DNA of 64,000 nt from Rebecca billardiae RCC1528 (GCA_965240325.2 OZ251230.1:2108001-2172000); one strand, 5' to 3'. Shown: positions 32,974 through 46,055, counted from the first letter of the stretch. Numbers and translations: made by a program. Notes: a model not told the origin generated them from the letters alone.

Positions 32974-33555
32974 ATGGGGCAAACTTTCTCTGCAGTGCGC
33001 CCTCCGCGCGTGCTCGTCCTCGGGCTGGACGGCAGCGGCAAGACTAGCCTCCTGCGTCGTCTGGTGCAGCAGGATGCTGCGCTCTTGCCCCCGTCGCATG
33101 GCTACCAGGTCACGCGCGTCCTGTACGACGGTGTGCAGTGCGAGCTGCTCGATGTCGGCGGCAGCGAGGAGCTGCGACGATACTGGAGGATGTACTTCGA
33201 CGGATTGAGCGGCGTTGTGTTCGTGATCGATAGCGCTGACAAGCGCAGGCTAGAGGAGACGGGGTTAGAGCTGCACAGGCTGCTGCAGAGCCCCACACTC
33301 AGCGGCATCCCCCTCCTGATCCTGGCGAACAAGCAGGACATGATCGATGCGCTACCCAGCCAGAAGGTGGTGCTGGGACTCAACCTCGGCGCTGTACGGG
33401 ACCGTGACTGGCACGTGCAAGCCTGCTCCGCGCGTGACAGGCGAGGCGTGGAGGAGGGCTTCGCGTGGGTGCTGAGCCAGGCGACCAAGGCCGCAAAGAG
33501 GCAGCAAACGCGCACCTGGCAGCTGCCCACCGGCACTGCAAGGCGTCCGACCTGA
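32974..33555 (+). CDS. ARF-like small GTPase, ARL3/ARL2-like
   Basis: MGQTFS myristoylation motif, GLDGSGKT, DVGG, FVIDSADKRRLEETG, ANKQD, CSA. Confidence 0.88.
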   Translation: MGQTFSAVRPPRVLVLGLDGSGKTSLLRRLVQQDAALLPPSHGYQVTRVLYDGVQCELLDVGGSEELRRYWRMYFDGLSGVVFVIDSADKRRLEETGLELHRLLQSPTLSGIPLLILANKQDMIDALPSQKVVLGLNLGAVRDRDWHVQACSARDRRGVEEGFAWVLSQATKAAKRQQTRTWQLPTGTARRPT

Positions 33556-34174
33556 TGGCGCAAGCCGTGGGACGGCGCGGCGGGGTTGGGTGCCACGTCA
33601 CCAGCGCGCTCCTCTACTCGCTTCGCCTGGTGAGTCCAACGCGAGCCATGGGGACACGATCGATCGCAGGGCTGCCAGATGCGCGCGCTCCTGAAATGCT
33701 CGCACGCTGGGCCTCACGTGCGCAGTGCAGGCAAGCCCAATCATGGTTCGATTCGATCCACGGGCATGCCGTGCTGCCCGGCACCTGAATTCTGTCCAGC
33801 GGCGGCGGCAGCTGCATTGCGCGCAAGTGAACGGGAGCGCCGTGTCCTTCAGACCTTGCTCTTGACGCGCGGTCCGTGGCACCGTGCAGTGTCAGCAGGC
33901 CCGTGCCATGCTGCCGCCACTTAATTGTAACGGCGGTCAGGGCAGCGTCGCCGTCGACGCCAGTCACACTCACAGAGCAATAATAAGGGAGATAGCCGTA
34001 AACGAGGGGCGGGCAAGCCAAGTGACAGTGTCGGTCGCGAGGGCTGCTAGACTCGGACTCTCGCCCTCCGCGGGCGGAGACCGGAGTCGGCGGCCTCGGC
34101 GCCGCCGCGGCCGCCGGGGCGCCGGGGTCGGCGCGCCAGACGGCGCCGGTCCGACGCCGCATCGCGATCACCAT

Positions 34175-34179
<5 letters not shown>

Positions 34180-34222
<43 letters not shown>
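34180..34222. repeat. (TA)n microsatellite
   Basis: Visible run. Confidence 0.95.
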
Positions 34223-34224
<2 letters not shown>

Positions 34225-34925
34225 CGGATAATAACGGTTACGGACCATCTGACCGTGCGTCTGAGGACCAGATCTGCGTCGACCGCCTGATGCATGAGAT
34301 TGACACCTGACCGGCCGGGCAGGCAGCCTACCGGACGCCGACTCGGCTGATCAGAGCAGTGCCATCAGAAATCATCCTTATTATTATTATAATATATTGA
34401 TGATACGCCGCGGGACCGCGTCGTCGCAGACAGACGTCGACGACGCACGGTCGAGCGGATCGAGACGGTACTCTCTGATTTGTATAGTGATGATATCTGC
34501 CAATTCTGCCACCGACTGCCTGACGGGACCGGCGGTCCGGCACCGACTCTGATTCATCAGTAGACAGTACGGAGCCCAGTATACCAGTACTGGTGTCTCA
34601 GTAGACTGCGTTGACGACGATCGAATTGTTCTCCGTCGACTGTACAGCTAGACGATATACGATCGCTGCTGACCCTTCTATTATTTGTAACAGTTCTAAG
34701 ACGACGAACAGACCTCAGAGACGGACGACGTTCACTCGCGACTCACGACTGCATGCGCCGCTACGAGTACGGACTCGGGACTCATTCTATGATTTAACGA
34801 CACAGGTAGGACTGGCAGAGACTATTCGCCACTATCGAATTATAATCTACTGCTGCTGATGATCCATCGGACGCGAGATGACATGTTACACTGCGACGAG
34901 CGTCAGCATCACTGACGATGAGGCG

Positions 34926-35522
34926 TCAGGCTGAAGACAGGAGTTCCGCCTTAGCCATTGCCAGGTCTAACACCACGCCCTCGAGTTCACGCTCAGTCGC
35001 GTCGAGGGTCTCTTGCGTCTCGTCCTCAATTCGCTGCATCGCCGCGAGCTGGTTTTGCAGCTCCAAAAGCCGCAGCGAGGCACGCCGATGCTCTGCGTGT
35101 AGCGCGCTGCTGTCGTCGTCCGTGGCCTGAGCATTGCCCGCTGGTAACGTTGCAGCCTCTGCGCACGTGTCGAGCACGATCGTTGCAGACTTGGCTGAAT
35201 TCGGCTTCTCACAGAGCACGCTCGTGGTGTCGACATAGGCAAGCTTGCGCGAAGCCTTAATGGGCGGCTCGCAGCCGGCTTTGTCGATGTGAATTGGCGT
35301 CGCCTGCCCAGCAGCTGCATGCCGCGCCTTGCCGTCGCCGCCTCGCGGACTCACTGACCTGGAAGTCACATTGCTGCTCGACGGCGTGGAATTGCGGGTG
35401 GTCGGATGCAAGGGTGCCGAGGAGCCCCCCCTTGCGCGTGATGACGCCGTCGCGCGCATGAGCCGACTCGAAGGCGGCACCGATGCGCGGCGTTGCTGCG
35501 TTGCAGGTGCGCTGGCTGGCAT
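34926..35522 (-). CDS. Hypothetical protein with C-terminal coiled coil
   Basis: 198-aa ATG ORF between AT-rich spacers; heptad-like LRLLELQNQLAAMQRIEDETQETLDATERELE. Confidence 0.4.
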   Translation of the reverse strand: MPASAPATQQRRASVPPSSRLMRATASSRARGGSSAPLHPTTRNSTPSSSNVTSRSVSPRGGDGKARHAAAGQATPIHIDKAGCEPPIKASRKLAYVDTTSVLCEKPNSAKSATIVLDTCAEAATLPAGNAQATDDDSSALHAEHRRASLRLLELQNQLAAMQRIEDETQETLDATERELEGVVLDLAMAKAELLSSA

Positions 35523-35691
35523 TGCTCACGCGAGGCGGGAAGGGCGGACGCCTCACGCCACGTCTTCCTTGAAGGGGTCAGCCGTGTACTCTACTTAGAA
35601 CTTGTACCCTTGAGTAAACGGTTTATGGCGCGATGAAGTTTCCTAGATCGTCCGGCAGTGCTTCCGGCTCGGCCCCCGGCCGGAACCTATA

Positions 35692-36010
35692 TACAGTTTA
35701 CTAAGAATAAGAGACGCACACAGCTCAGGCAGGCGAGATTGACGCCCGCCAACTGTCACCGCCCATGAAGCCGTCGCCGATGGTAGCGCCGCTGGAAAAA
35801 TTCGTTCAGCCGTCCGCCTGCGAGGCCTGGATGAGGGCTGCGGCCGCCTCGCGGCGCGCCAGCGCCCGTCGTCCTCGCCCCACCGTCGTCCACGGCAAAA
35901 CGACAGTAGGGCGTCAATCTCGCCTGCCTGCAGGAGCTGTCAGGGAACTATGTGAATGCGTCTCTACTCTCTTATTCGGGGGCTATTCCGTTAGTAGTTA
36001 GTAAACTGTA
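35692..36010 (+). mobile_element. Complete MITE, Tc1/mariner/pogo-type ends (TA TSD, CAGTTTACTAA termini)
   Basis: Left TA|CAGTTTACTAAGAATAAGAGACGCA...GATTGACGCCC; right arm GGGCGTCAATCTCGCCTGCCTG...TTAGTAAACTG|TA is the inverted copy with insertions; no coding capacity. Confidence 0.85.
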
Positions 36011-36313
36011 GTTGCGGCTTCGGACCGAACATTGATATTAGTTCATAGTTGATGTCACTCCGGCCTAAGTACTCGGAGTACTGTTCGAACCGTTAATACT
36101 TATATATATATACTTATATGATGTATATATATCTAGATAGATAGATAGATAGAACTCTGCCAGGTGCTGTCACCGGTGTACATCACTCGCGCCGAGATAG
36201 CAGCCTACTAGCACTTAGCAGTGCGATATGCGTTACCGCGCGTAAGCGTTACATCGGTCGATCGTGTGTAATTGTATATTGGAACAAGTGCGTGCGGAGC
36301 CCGGTGGCAGGCC

Positions 36314-38192
36314 TCATCCCCAGTCCCCGCGCGCTGCTGCGATGGGACTCTCTTGGCTGCCGCCGTCGGCTGCAGCACAGCGCGCGCGCTTCACCGGCGT
36401 GTTGCCGATTGGGCTGGCGCACTTGCGCGACTTGGCGAAGCTGTTGAGCGCCTCCATGGCCACCCCGAGCTTGCTCGCGTCGCGCACAAACACGCGCACC
36501 TTCTTGTCCTGGAAGTGGCGCGGCAGCATCGAGGACACGTTGCGCAGCGGGTCGAGTGGCTGCGCGACAACGGAGTCGAGGTGCTCGAAGAACTCGACGT
36601 TGCGCACCGGGTCCTTGGACTGCGAGCGCAGCCGCGCCGCGCGCGCGCGAGCGAGAGCGGTGTGTGAGTGGGGCAGGGCGGCGCGCACGCGGGGCGATGC
36701 GGCCACCCCCGCGCGCACCTTCATGGAGTAGTTGATCTCCTTGTTGTCGACGATCACGTCCTCCTCGCGCAGGCCGGAGCCCAAGGGCGCGAGGTCGACA
36801 ATGTCGCGCGCCGTGACGCGCGACCAGCTGGGGTGCATGTGGTCGGGCACGTTGGCCTCGCCCGCGTACTTGTACAGGTCGCGCACGCTGCACGCGCCGC
36901 GCCAACGCGCCCGCCCGCACGCGCGCAGGCGCGTGAGCGCGCGCGGCGCGCGGCGCGCGGCTTGCGCAGGAGGGCGCGCGCGCGGTCCGGGCCGCGCACC
37001 GGAGGCGGCGCACGATGGCGCGAGCAGCCTCGAGCTCAGGCTCGGCCGACCACTCGATGCGCTTCAGGATCGTGTCGTCCAGCGTCTTGAACGTGCGCGG
37101 CTCCCAGATGAGCTCCTGGAACCTGAAGTGCGCGTCCGCGGCGACGAGCGCGTCCGTGACCATGTACTCGATCGCCTTGGCCTTGGCGTGCGTGTACACG
37201 ACCTGGTGCATGTTGGCGCGCGTGTGGAAGAGGTTGTACAGCGTGTTCACCTCGCTCGTCTTGAAGCACACGCGCCCGTTGATCACCTTGCTCAGCTGGA
37301 TCAGCCGCGAGTGGTCGAAAGACGTGCGCACGTTGCACGCCGCGCCGTCGCGGAGCAGGTAGTCGAACTTGTCGATGTCCACCGAGTTCCGCCCGTTCGC
37401 CACGATCTCGTAGAGGAACATCTTGCCGCCGAGCGAGAGCTGCGGCCGCTTCGAGTGCGCGCCCGTGTACTGCCCCGACGAGTCGTAGTCCTTCTTGTCG
37501 ATCGAGATGAGCTCCTTCACGGCGCGCAGGTCGTCGCGCTGCAGCCCGTCGCGCGTGTCCACGCCGATCGTGTCCTCCATGTCGTTCACGTCGTACAGGT
37601 GCTGCAGCATCTCGCACGACATGGCCTCGTGCGACCACTCGCGGTGCGCGTCGATGCGGCCCAGCTCGCGCAGCCGCGGCAGCACCTCGTTGTCAAAGAG
37701 GTGCGAGAAGGGGCCGTGGCCGAGGTCGTGGCAGAGCCCGGCGATGGCCACGAGCTTCACCTCCTTGTTCGTCACGCCCAAGTCGGGCTGACACAGCTGG
37801 AAGTGCTGCGCCCACCGCTCGGCCAGGTGGTAGGTGCCGAGCGAGTGCTCAAAGCGCGTGTGCGACGCGGCGGGGTACACGTACGAGGAGAGACCGAGCT
37901 GCTTGAGCTCACGGAGCCGCTGGAACTCTGGCGTGTCGATTATTGCGACCGCGTCGGGCGCGATCCGGAACAACCCGTGGATCGCGTCGTTCACCAGCTT
38001 GCCATGCTTCCGCGTGCTGCGCGCGGCTGGAACCATGTGCTCGAGCTGCGCGGTGGTGTTGTCCAACTGCACGTGCGAGCTCCCGTCGCGCTGGTGCATG
38101 ACGAACGCATCCGGATGCTTATTCACTTGCGCCTGCTGCGAGAAGGGCAACGGCTCATCGTCGTCGCTCTCTTCCGCGACAGCGGGCAGCAT
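36314..38192 (-). CDS. SAMHD1: HD-domain dNTP triphosphohydrolase, SAMHD1-like; exons 38192-37000, 36887-36719, 36619-36314
   Basis: NDAIHG, IIDTPEFQRLRELKQLG, HTRFEHSLG, GLCHDLGHGPFSH, DIDKFDYLLRD, RDLYK; GT-AG introns 36999-36888 and 36718-36620. Confidence 0.92.
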
Positions 38193-38672
38193 GGCGCGCG
38201 CAGTCGGGTCGATGCGCGCGAATCAGGCCGCCCGCCAGGCCCCGTGTTGGAGCTCTTAGTATGGGGGTACTATGCACGTTAAAACATAGTAAACTGTATT
38301 GTATGGCAGAGGCACCGGACGATTGTCAGTAGTTTTCAGTTTGTCACTGGCTCGGAGCTCTTCAGCTCGGTGGCTCCGTTGAAAGCGTCTTGACTGAATT
38401 CCTTCGGTGATTTGGTCAGACTCTGGGTTGGACCCTGCGTCACCGGCGCGCGTCGCCCTGTGCCCTGAGTCCGTGGTGACACGGCGACGGTAGCTACTAC
38501 TGTAGCTTACTCGGCGGTACTCGGGACCTCGGTAGCCAGGCGGGCCACTGGGAGAGAGTCCCGCCGCGGACCGACTCGCCCACTCGCCGCACGCCGACGG
38601 GCTCGCCCACGGGCTGGTGGCCATGGGATGCGCTCTGGCGTACGCTGGCCCTGTCTCCGCGCGGGGGAGCGG

Positions 38673-38849
38673 TCACCATCCGTGCAGCAGCCCGCCTTGC
38701 GGCAGCACCAACGGCGTCGCGCTCGAGTCGTCGTCGTCGCTGCCCGAGTGCGCGCGGTGCAGCGGCGCCGCAGCCGGCGCGGCCGCCGCGCTCGCATGGC
38801 CGGCGGCATGGCCGGCTTTCTTCGCGCTCCGCGCCTGCGTGGCGGCTTC

Positions 38850-38883
<34 letters not shown>

Positions 38884-40046
38884 TTCGCCTCGGCCATGGC
38901 GTCCGTCAGCACCTGCTCCGGCAGCGGGAAGCGCAGCGTGGCCGCCACGCCCGTCATCTGCTTCAGCTGCTCGCCTGAGACGTGCATCGACGAGAAGACG
39001 TGCACGCCGGCGCCCGCGGTGCGCACGTCGTCGACCAGGCGCGTGTACTGCCTCCTCGTCGCGATGGACGCCGAGCGGAACAGCTCGTCCGTCAGTAGCA
39101 GATCGGCGATCGCGCCGATGTCGCACGCGGCGCGCACGTGTGCGTAGCCGTACACCGCGCGGCCGCTGCCGTCGCCCTCAGTCTGCGCGAGCGCCTTGAG
39201 GAAGGCCTCGAGAGCGGCGACCTCGGTCGTGGCCTGCGCGCCGGCGAGCTGCTGCGCTACCTCCGAGTCGGCGAGCACTTCGCGCACCGAGTGCTTGAAG
39301 CCGCTCGACGCGCGGCAGCGCACCACCTTGGCGCGGTGCGCGCCCAGCGGCGCCGCATCCTCGCGCTTGACGGCCTGCTCCCACACGTACGCGATGAACT
39401 CGTCGGCGAGGAAGCCGGGCGAGCCGACGAAGAGCGCCTTGACGGCGGTGAAGTCCACGTGCCTGATCACCGCCTGCAGCATCGCCTCGAAGAACTTGAG
39501 CATCGACCGGTCCGCCTGCCCCGCGTCGCGCCGGTTCTTGCGGCCGATCGGCACCACAATCTTGGCGCGGACGAGCGTCAGGCTGCGCGTGATCAGGCAG
39601 AGGTGGGCGACGCCGGGCTGCGCGACGAGCACGGCCACGTCGGCGTTGCGCGTGGTATCCGTCGCGGCCTCGAGCCGCTCGATCGCCACCGCGTCCCACT
39701 CGGCCTTGGTCAGCTCGACCGTGCGCTGCAGCGCGATGTCGAGCGTGTGGTGCGCGCCCAGCTGCACGTACTCGTTCTTCTCGGCGTTGCGCCCAGAGAG
39801 GCGGAGGAGCGGCGCCTCCGCGTCGAAGTCGACGGAGTCGACGGTCACGGTGAGGTTGAGCTTGATGCGCGAGCTGCTCGTCGACCCAGATGCGAGCTCC
39901 TTGTGGACCTTGCGCTCAGTCGTCGTGCGCACACGGTCGCCGGGCACCACAAGGTTGAACAGGTGCCACAAGTCGTCGGTCTGCTCGACGCGCAAGGTGG
40001 CGGCGCCCCCGTCAGGACCGAGCGCGTCCTTCTTGATGAGCTGCAT
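38673..40046 (-). CDS. PELO: Pelota/Dom34 ribosome rescue factor
   Basis: DDLWHLFNLV, TTERKV, LRLSGRN..NEYVQLGAHHTL, GSPGF, SSGFKHS, AVYG, VFSSMHVSGEQL..TGVAATLRFP. Confidence 0.96.
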
Positions 40047-40271
40047 GCCGCCTCGTGTCGCCGGCCTCCGGCCGAGCCCCTGCCACAACGCGGTGCAGGG
40101 GCTTCCGAGCGGTCGCGGCGTGCGGGAGAGCGGCGAGCCGTGACGGATGGCGGAGCCGGCTCCCGGCCAAGCCGGAGGGCTTGTCCGGCGAGCGCGCGGC
40201 CACCTTTGCGGGCAGCATGGCGGCCGCGGCTTCCGCGTGAGAAGCACTTGTGCAGCCCTATTGACACGAGC

Positions 40272-42028
40272 ATGTCGGTCCTGCTCGAGACCTCGAAGGG
40301 CGACCTCGTCATCGATCTGCACTACCAGCAGGCCCCGCAGGCGTGCGTCAACTTCCTGAAGCTGTGCAAGATCAAGTACTACAACCACTCGCTCATCCAC
40401 CTTGTGCAGCGCTCGCGCCTCATCCAGACGGGCGACCCGCTGGGCACGGGCGCGGGCGGCTCGTCGGTGTGGGGGTTGATCGAGGGTGAAAGCCGGCGCT
40501 TCTTCCCCGACGAGTTCTCAAAGGCATTGCGCCACGACAAGGTGGGCACCGTCTCAATGGCTAACACCGGCCCGGACACGAACGCATCTCAGTTCATCAT
40601 CACGACCGGGCCGGCGATGCACCATCTCGATGACGTGCACGTGGTCTTTGGTGAGGTCGCCGAGGGGCTGGACACGCTCGCCGCCATCGATGGCGCCTAC
40701 TGCGACGCCGACGGCCGCCCCTACCAGAACATCCGCATTCGGCACACCATCATCCTCCACGACCCGTTTGACGACCCGCCCGGCCTGCGCGTGCCGGACC
40801 GCTCGCCGTCGCCCACCGCCGAGCAGATCCGGCAGGACCGCGAGCGGCTGGCGGACGACGAGGCGCTCGATGGGATGGACGGGAAGACGGCCGAGGAGGT
40901 GCAGGAGGCGCTCGCCGCGCAGGCCGCCAAGTCTCACGCCGAGGTGCTCGAGATGCTCGGTGACCTGCCCGACGCAGACATTGCGCCGCCAGAGAATGTG
41001 CTCTTCGTGTGCAAGCTCAACCCTGTCACGCAGGACGACGACCTCGAGATCATCTTCTCTCGCTTCGGTGACATCAAGAAGTGCGAGGTGATCCGCGACT
41101 TCAAGACGGGCGAGTCGCTGAACTACGCCTTCATTGAGTACGCCGCCAAAGAGCAGTGTGAGACGGTGCGCGCGCGCGGCATGGCTGTAGGTGCATGGCG
41201 CCTGCCCCAACAGCGTGCGCGCCCACGTCCGTGCGTCGGCGCGCTCTGCAGGCGTACCTGAAGATGGATGGCGTGCTGATCGACGATCGTCGCATCCGCG
41301 TCGATTTCTCGCAGTCCGTCGCCAAGACGTGGAACCGCTATCGGCGCAAGGAGCGCATGGACGCGCTGCCGGAGGACGATCAGGGCGGTGGAGGCGGCTC
41401 GCGCGGGCGCGGCGGCGGCTTGCGAGGTGGACCCGGGCGCGGACGCGGAGGCGGGGGCCGCGGCGGGGGCATCTTGCTCGGTGGTCCGCGCCCGCCGAGC
41501 GGGACGGCTCCGCCTGGACTCACGCTGCGCCCAGGACTGCAGCCGCAGCAGCCGCACGGTGGCCCTCCGCTGGTGTTTGACCTGCCGCACCAGCCAGGAG
41601 CGCCGGCGCTCGGGCCAGCTCAGCTTCCTCCGCCGCCGCCTCCGCCCCAGGCGGGCGCGGGCGCGCAGCGTGTGGGCGCTGAGCGGGACTCGCGCGACCG
41701 GGCTGGGCGCCATACCGACCGCTGGGAAGGCGGCTACCACAGCGCGCACCACGAGGTGCGGAATGTCCGCCACGACGACGAGCGCCACGGGCGTGATGAT
41801 GGCGGAGGCGGGAAGCACGACAAGCATGACAAGCACGACAAGCACAGCAAGCATGGCAAGCACGGCAAGCACGACAAGCACGATAAGCATGAGAAGCGCA
41901 AGCATCACGACAAGCACGACAAGAAGCAGCACTCACACAAGCACCATCGCTCACGCTCACGCTCGCGCTCGCGATCTCCGAACAAGCGACGCCGGGCATC
42001 AGACTCAGAGCGAGAGCAGCAGCAATGA
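40272..42028 (+). CDS. PPIL4: Cyclophilin-RRM protein PPIL4/CYP59; exons 40272-41165, 41252-42028
   Basis: [84 protein letters not shown]; HDK repeats and RS tail. Confidence 0.95.
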
Positions 42029-42122
42029 GACGGTACACTGCGGGTACTCGGTAGACCGACTGACCGTGTTGAGCGTCTTATTATTTATGAGAGCGAATAC
42101 GCATTTATCGTAGAATAACGTG

Positions 42123-42270
<148 letters not shown>

Positions 42271-42916
42271 TAGCCGTCCTCGAAGCGCCTGCGCCATCCA
42301 GATCGGCAGCGAGGAGGCGAGGCACACGCCGGGCAGGGCGGAGCCACGCGGCGAGATACCAGACTTTATACATTGCTGTATCATATGGCAGATTTTGTTC
42401 CTCGGAAACAAAGTGCGAGCGGCAGCCAGCGCTCGGGCCGAGCGCGCGGCAGGACTGGCCGCTCGACGCAGCTTGGAAGGCGCAGCTCGAGAGCCGCCAA
42501 GCCGCACGAGAGCAAGGCACGAAGCACCATCGTGCAGAGGGCATCGCGAAGATGCGGGCCGGGAACAGCTGCAGCCATCATGCCAGTGGGCACTTCCGAA
42601 GGGCGTTCGCTGCGAGTGAGCGAGAGGCACTGGACTGCGTCGGTTCGCTCGGCGCCTGATGAAAAAGAAGAAGAAAAAAAAACCAGTTCACCAATTGGCC
42701 GCCCTGTGCCGTTGCCAACCTTGCCTATTTGCCTAAGGCCCAGGAGCATCACAGCGAGTAGGTTGTTCGGGGTCGTTGTGCGAGCGCACAGAGCAGGCTC
42801 GAAAGTCCTTCGTGGCACGAGAAGAGGGTGGCCAAGATGGCAGCCGGACTTGAGCTCGGCCGCCTGGCTCGGGCCGAATGGCAGGCAGGTGTTGATACGG
42901 CGCATTGCGCTCCCAC

Positions 42917-42960
42917 CGTCCTCTTAGACAATCAGTTATTGTGCCAATAACCCCACATAT
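42917..42960 (+). repeat. Dispersed ~45-bp motif abutting a microsatellite; inverted copy at 45297-45346
   Basis: CGTCCTCTTA(AAA)GACAATCAGTTAYTGTRCCAATAACCCC(GC)ACATAT-like sequence shared by both copies. Confidence 0.75.
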
Positions 42961-42993
42961 ATATATATACTCCCTCTTACTCTCGAGATCTCT

Positions 42994-43030
<37 letters not shown>

Positions 43031-43578
43031 GTTACAGAGTCGTGTCACTGGCGGCAGACACTGAGTCAGGGGGTAGACCGCAGCAGGACCGTAGTTACGG
43101 ACTGTTATAACTACCGATACGGTGAGCCGTAAGTGTAAGTGACGGCCGACGAGCGTGCATCCGACGTGACGACCATAATTATAATATTATTTATTACATA
43201 ATAATATCATCGTCGATCTGCACTGTATACAGTAGTAGCTTAGTCGGAGCAGTGCATGCTGCTTCGTCTAATTGTGAAGATCAGGACAGCCGGACGCGAC
43301 GTAACGCGGTTATTTAAACGACGCGTGATGAGTCACTCGGGACTGCGCGGATTGTTATATATAATACGATGATGATGTATCAGCGCGCTGACGATGATGA
43401 TACAGGAGCGTAGTAGCGTCACTCTCTCGCCATCAGCTGCAGCCCGCCTTGCGTTCAGCAGCCGCAGTGCACGCGGATCCCATCCGCGGTCGAGCTGAGC
43501 CGGCGCGGTCTTAGTTCGCCGGCACTTCGGGGCGGGAAGGCGGTGTTGGGCCTGTTGGGGCCCATGCCATGAGGCATA

Positions 43579-44080
43579 TCACTTGTACTTCGGGCCGTAG
43601 TCGATCACAGGGCCACCCTCGCAGAGGTAATTGAACCTGGGGAGCGCAGCGGGAAGCACGGGGGTGCGGCTGTCAAGCAGGGCATGAGCACGATAATGCA
43701 GGCCGCGACTACCGCGAATGCGCAGGCCCGCACCACTCGACGCCTGCCGTCTTCCCAGTCTTGACGTACTTGGCACCTGGGCAGATGGGAGTACCCTCAG
43801 GAATCGCGGTGCCATCGCCATAGGAGGGATACACAGAGCTGTCGTTCGTGCCGAAGCAGCTCGAGCCGATGTGGACGCCATGCTTCTCAGCCGCGTGGAT
43901 CACGCCCTTCGGCAGACAAACCATCGAGCACGTGTTCTCCAGCGTGCCCTTCTGCAGTGACCCTTCGGGCAAGCCTGCGGGGGCGAGGGAGTACGCGTCG
44001 AAGATCGTCGTGCCCGGCCGCGGAGCACACGACACGTCGCCAGGCCACACGGGCGCGTCGCCGTCATCCGAGGTGAACAT
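43579..44080 (-). CDS. Small Cys-containing hypothetical protein (~134 aa); exons 44080-43734, 43636-43579
   Basis: Coding-like codon usage; a GT(43733)-AG(43637) intron joins GVEW to FNYLCEGGPVIDYGPKYK*. The start may be further upstream. Confidence 0.5.
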
Positions 44081-45111
44081 TGCGGCGAAGGACGATGGGG
44101 ACGCGCCTGTGTTGTCGGACGTGATTGCCGCGCTCCGCCGCTTTAGTATTCGGCAGCCGTTGCGATCGGTCCGATGCGCACCCGCTTGCTTCTTGAATCT
44201 TGATTCCAGTTCCACGTCACCGAATGTCATCGTATCCATACTACTGCGCGGTACAATTGTTGATTCAATGATTCTCCACGTGGCCAGCGCGACAGTCAGA
44301 TATTGAGGGAGATTGCGAGCGGCAGATGTAGTAGCAGTTTTCCGCCAGCAAACGAATTCCCGCGGTCCTGGATTGGCCGTCCTGGATTGTAAGCACCCCG
44401 ACGTCGTCTGCCCACGGACGGAGTTACGTCCATCGACACGAACGGCGGCTTGCGCGTCGGGGCTGGGCGCCACTCGCGGCCCGGCTCTGTCATACGTCAT
44501 CAGACACGCGTACGACTGCACCGCTGGAGTGCGGAACGGCCCGCAGAGTTGTCTGCCGTTCACAACCGTAGTTAAGGTACAGACAAGTCACGTAGGGGGA
44601 CACTTCCGGTACGGTGCGTCGCGATTCGGCGGGGGGCGGGCAGTGCAGATAGCAAGCGGCCGTACTGGACAGAGGGGTTGGGGCGGTGCAGCTCTGTGAT
44701 CCGAACCAGGAGTTCGGTGGAGGGTGCACGGCGTGATCCCGGGTGTGCCCTCTGGCCAACTCTTCGCGCCTGCGTCACGAGGCCGACACCCACGCTCACG
44801 CTGAATGGCGTTCGAAGCCATCGAGGTGCCCCATTTGTGATGGTGAGTAACGTCCTGTCACAGGCGGTGCCGCTGCTGGCCGGATCGGAAGCACAACAGT
44901 TAGAGCCAGGACCAGCTGGCGGCAGCTGTTGCGTGCGGCGCCACTTAACTAAGTGACTAATTGTCAACTGCGCGCACAAGCAACTTAAGGTTTAGCCAGC
45001 CTGTGACTGAATCATGCTGTATTGATTGAATGGCACATGGCAGTGTTCGAACGCCACGATACTGTAGTGATGATCAGACGACATCTGAGCAGTCAAAGTC
45101 GCGTGGACATG

Positions 45112-45112
<1 letters not shown>

Positions 45113-45151
<39 letters not shown>

Positions 45152-45167
45152 CACACACACGTACACA

Positions 45168-45209
<42 letters not shown>

Positions 45210-45213
45210 CACA

Positions 45214-45280
<67 letters not shown>
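45113..45280. repeat. (CA)n microsatellite
   Basis: Visible run. Confidence 0.97.
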
Positions 45281-45281
<1 letters not shown>

Positions 45282-45769
45282 TGCATACACACATTCATAT
45301 GTGGCGGGGTTATTGGTACAGTAACTGATTGTCTTTTAAGAGGACGACGACAAGAACGCCGGGCGCCAGGAGGCAGGAGTGGCCGCCAGCGCAGCACATC
45401 AGCTCCATATATCGCCCTCTACCGGACCATTGCCTCATTCATTTAGACATCAAAGAGCTGCTCCCTGACAAACAGTCCGCCCGGGTTCATTCTGTCTGCC
45501 GGAAAGATCTCCGGGGCCCGGGCCGCATCATCGGCTTCTCGCCCGCCGTCTCGGATAGATTATATTTGACGATGGCCATCATCCAGCCAAGTGCGACGTG
45601 TCCTGCGGCTACGGCTCACGCATGCGGGCCTGGCGCGTCGAGTGCTGACGATCGACCACGACCACGACAACTACGACTGATGATTATCGTCGTCGTCACC
45701 GCCAGCGCACATATTAATATCTTATTATTATTATTTTGGCTGACGACTCACGACACTACGACTGTCGTA

Positions 45770-45949
<180 letters not shown>

Positions 45950-46055
45950 ATGATATATATATGGTAACATTATCTTAATAATCGCCAGGTACTCGGCGCG
46001 CATATATATATTATTCAATGATGGGCTGATGCCTGCCGATGGCGGTCGACAATGG

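Noticed and set aside
36314-40046. SAMHD1-like plus pelota as an antiviral gene cluster
   Set aside because: Both are widespread housekeeping genes; adjacency alone gives no support.
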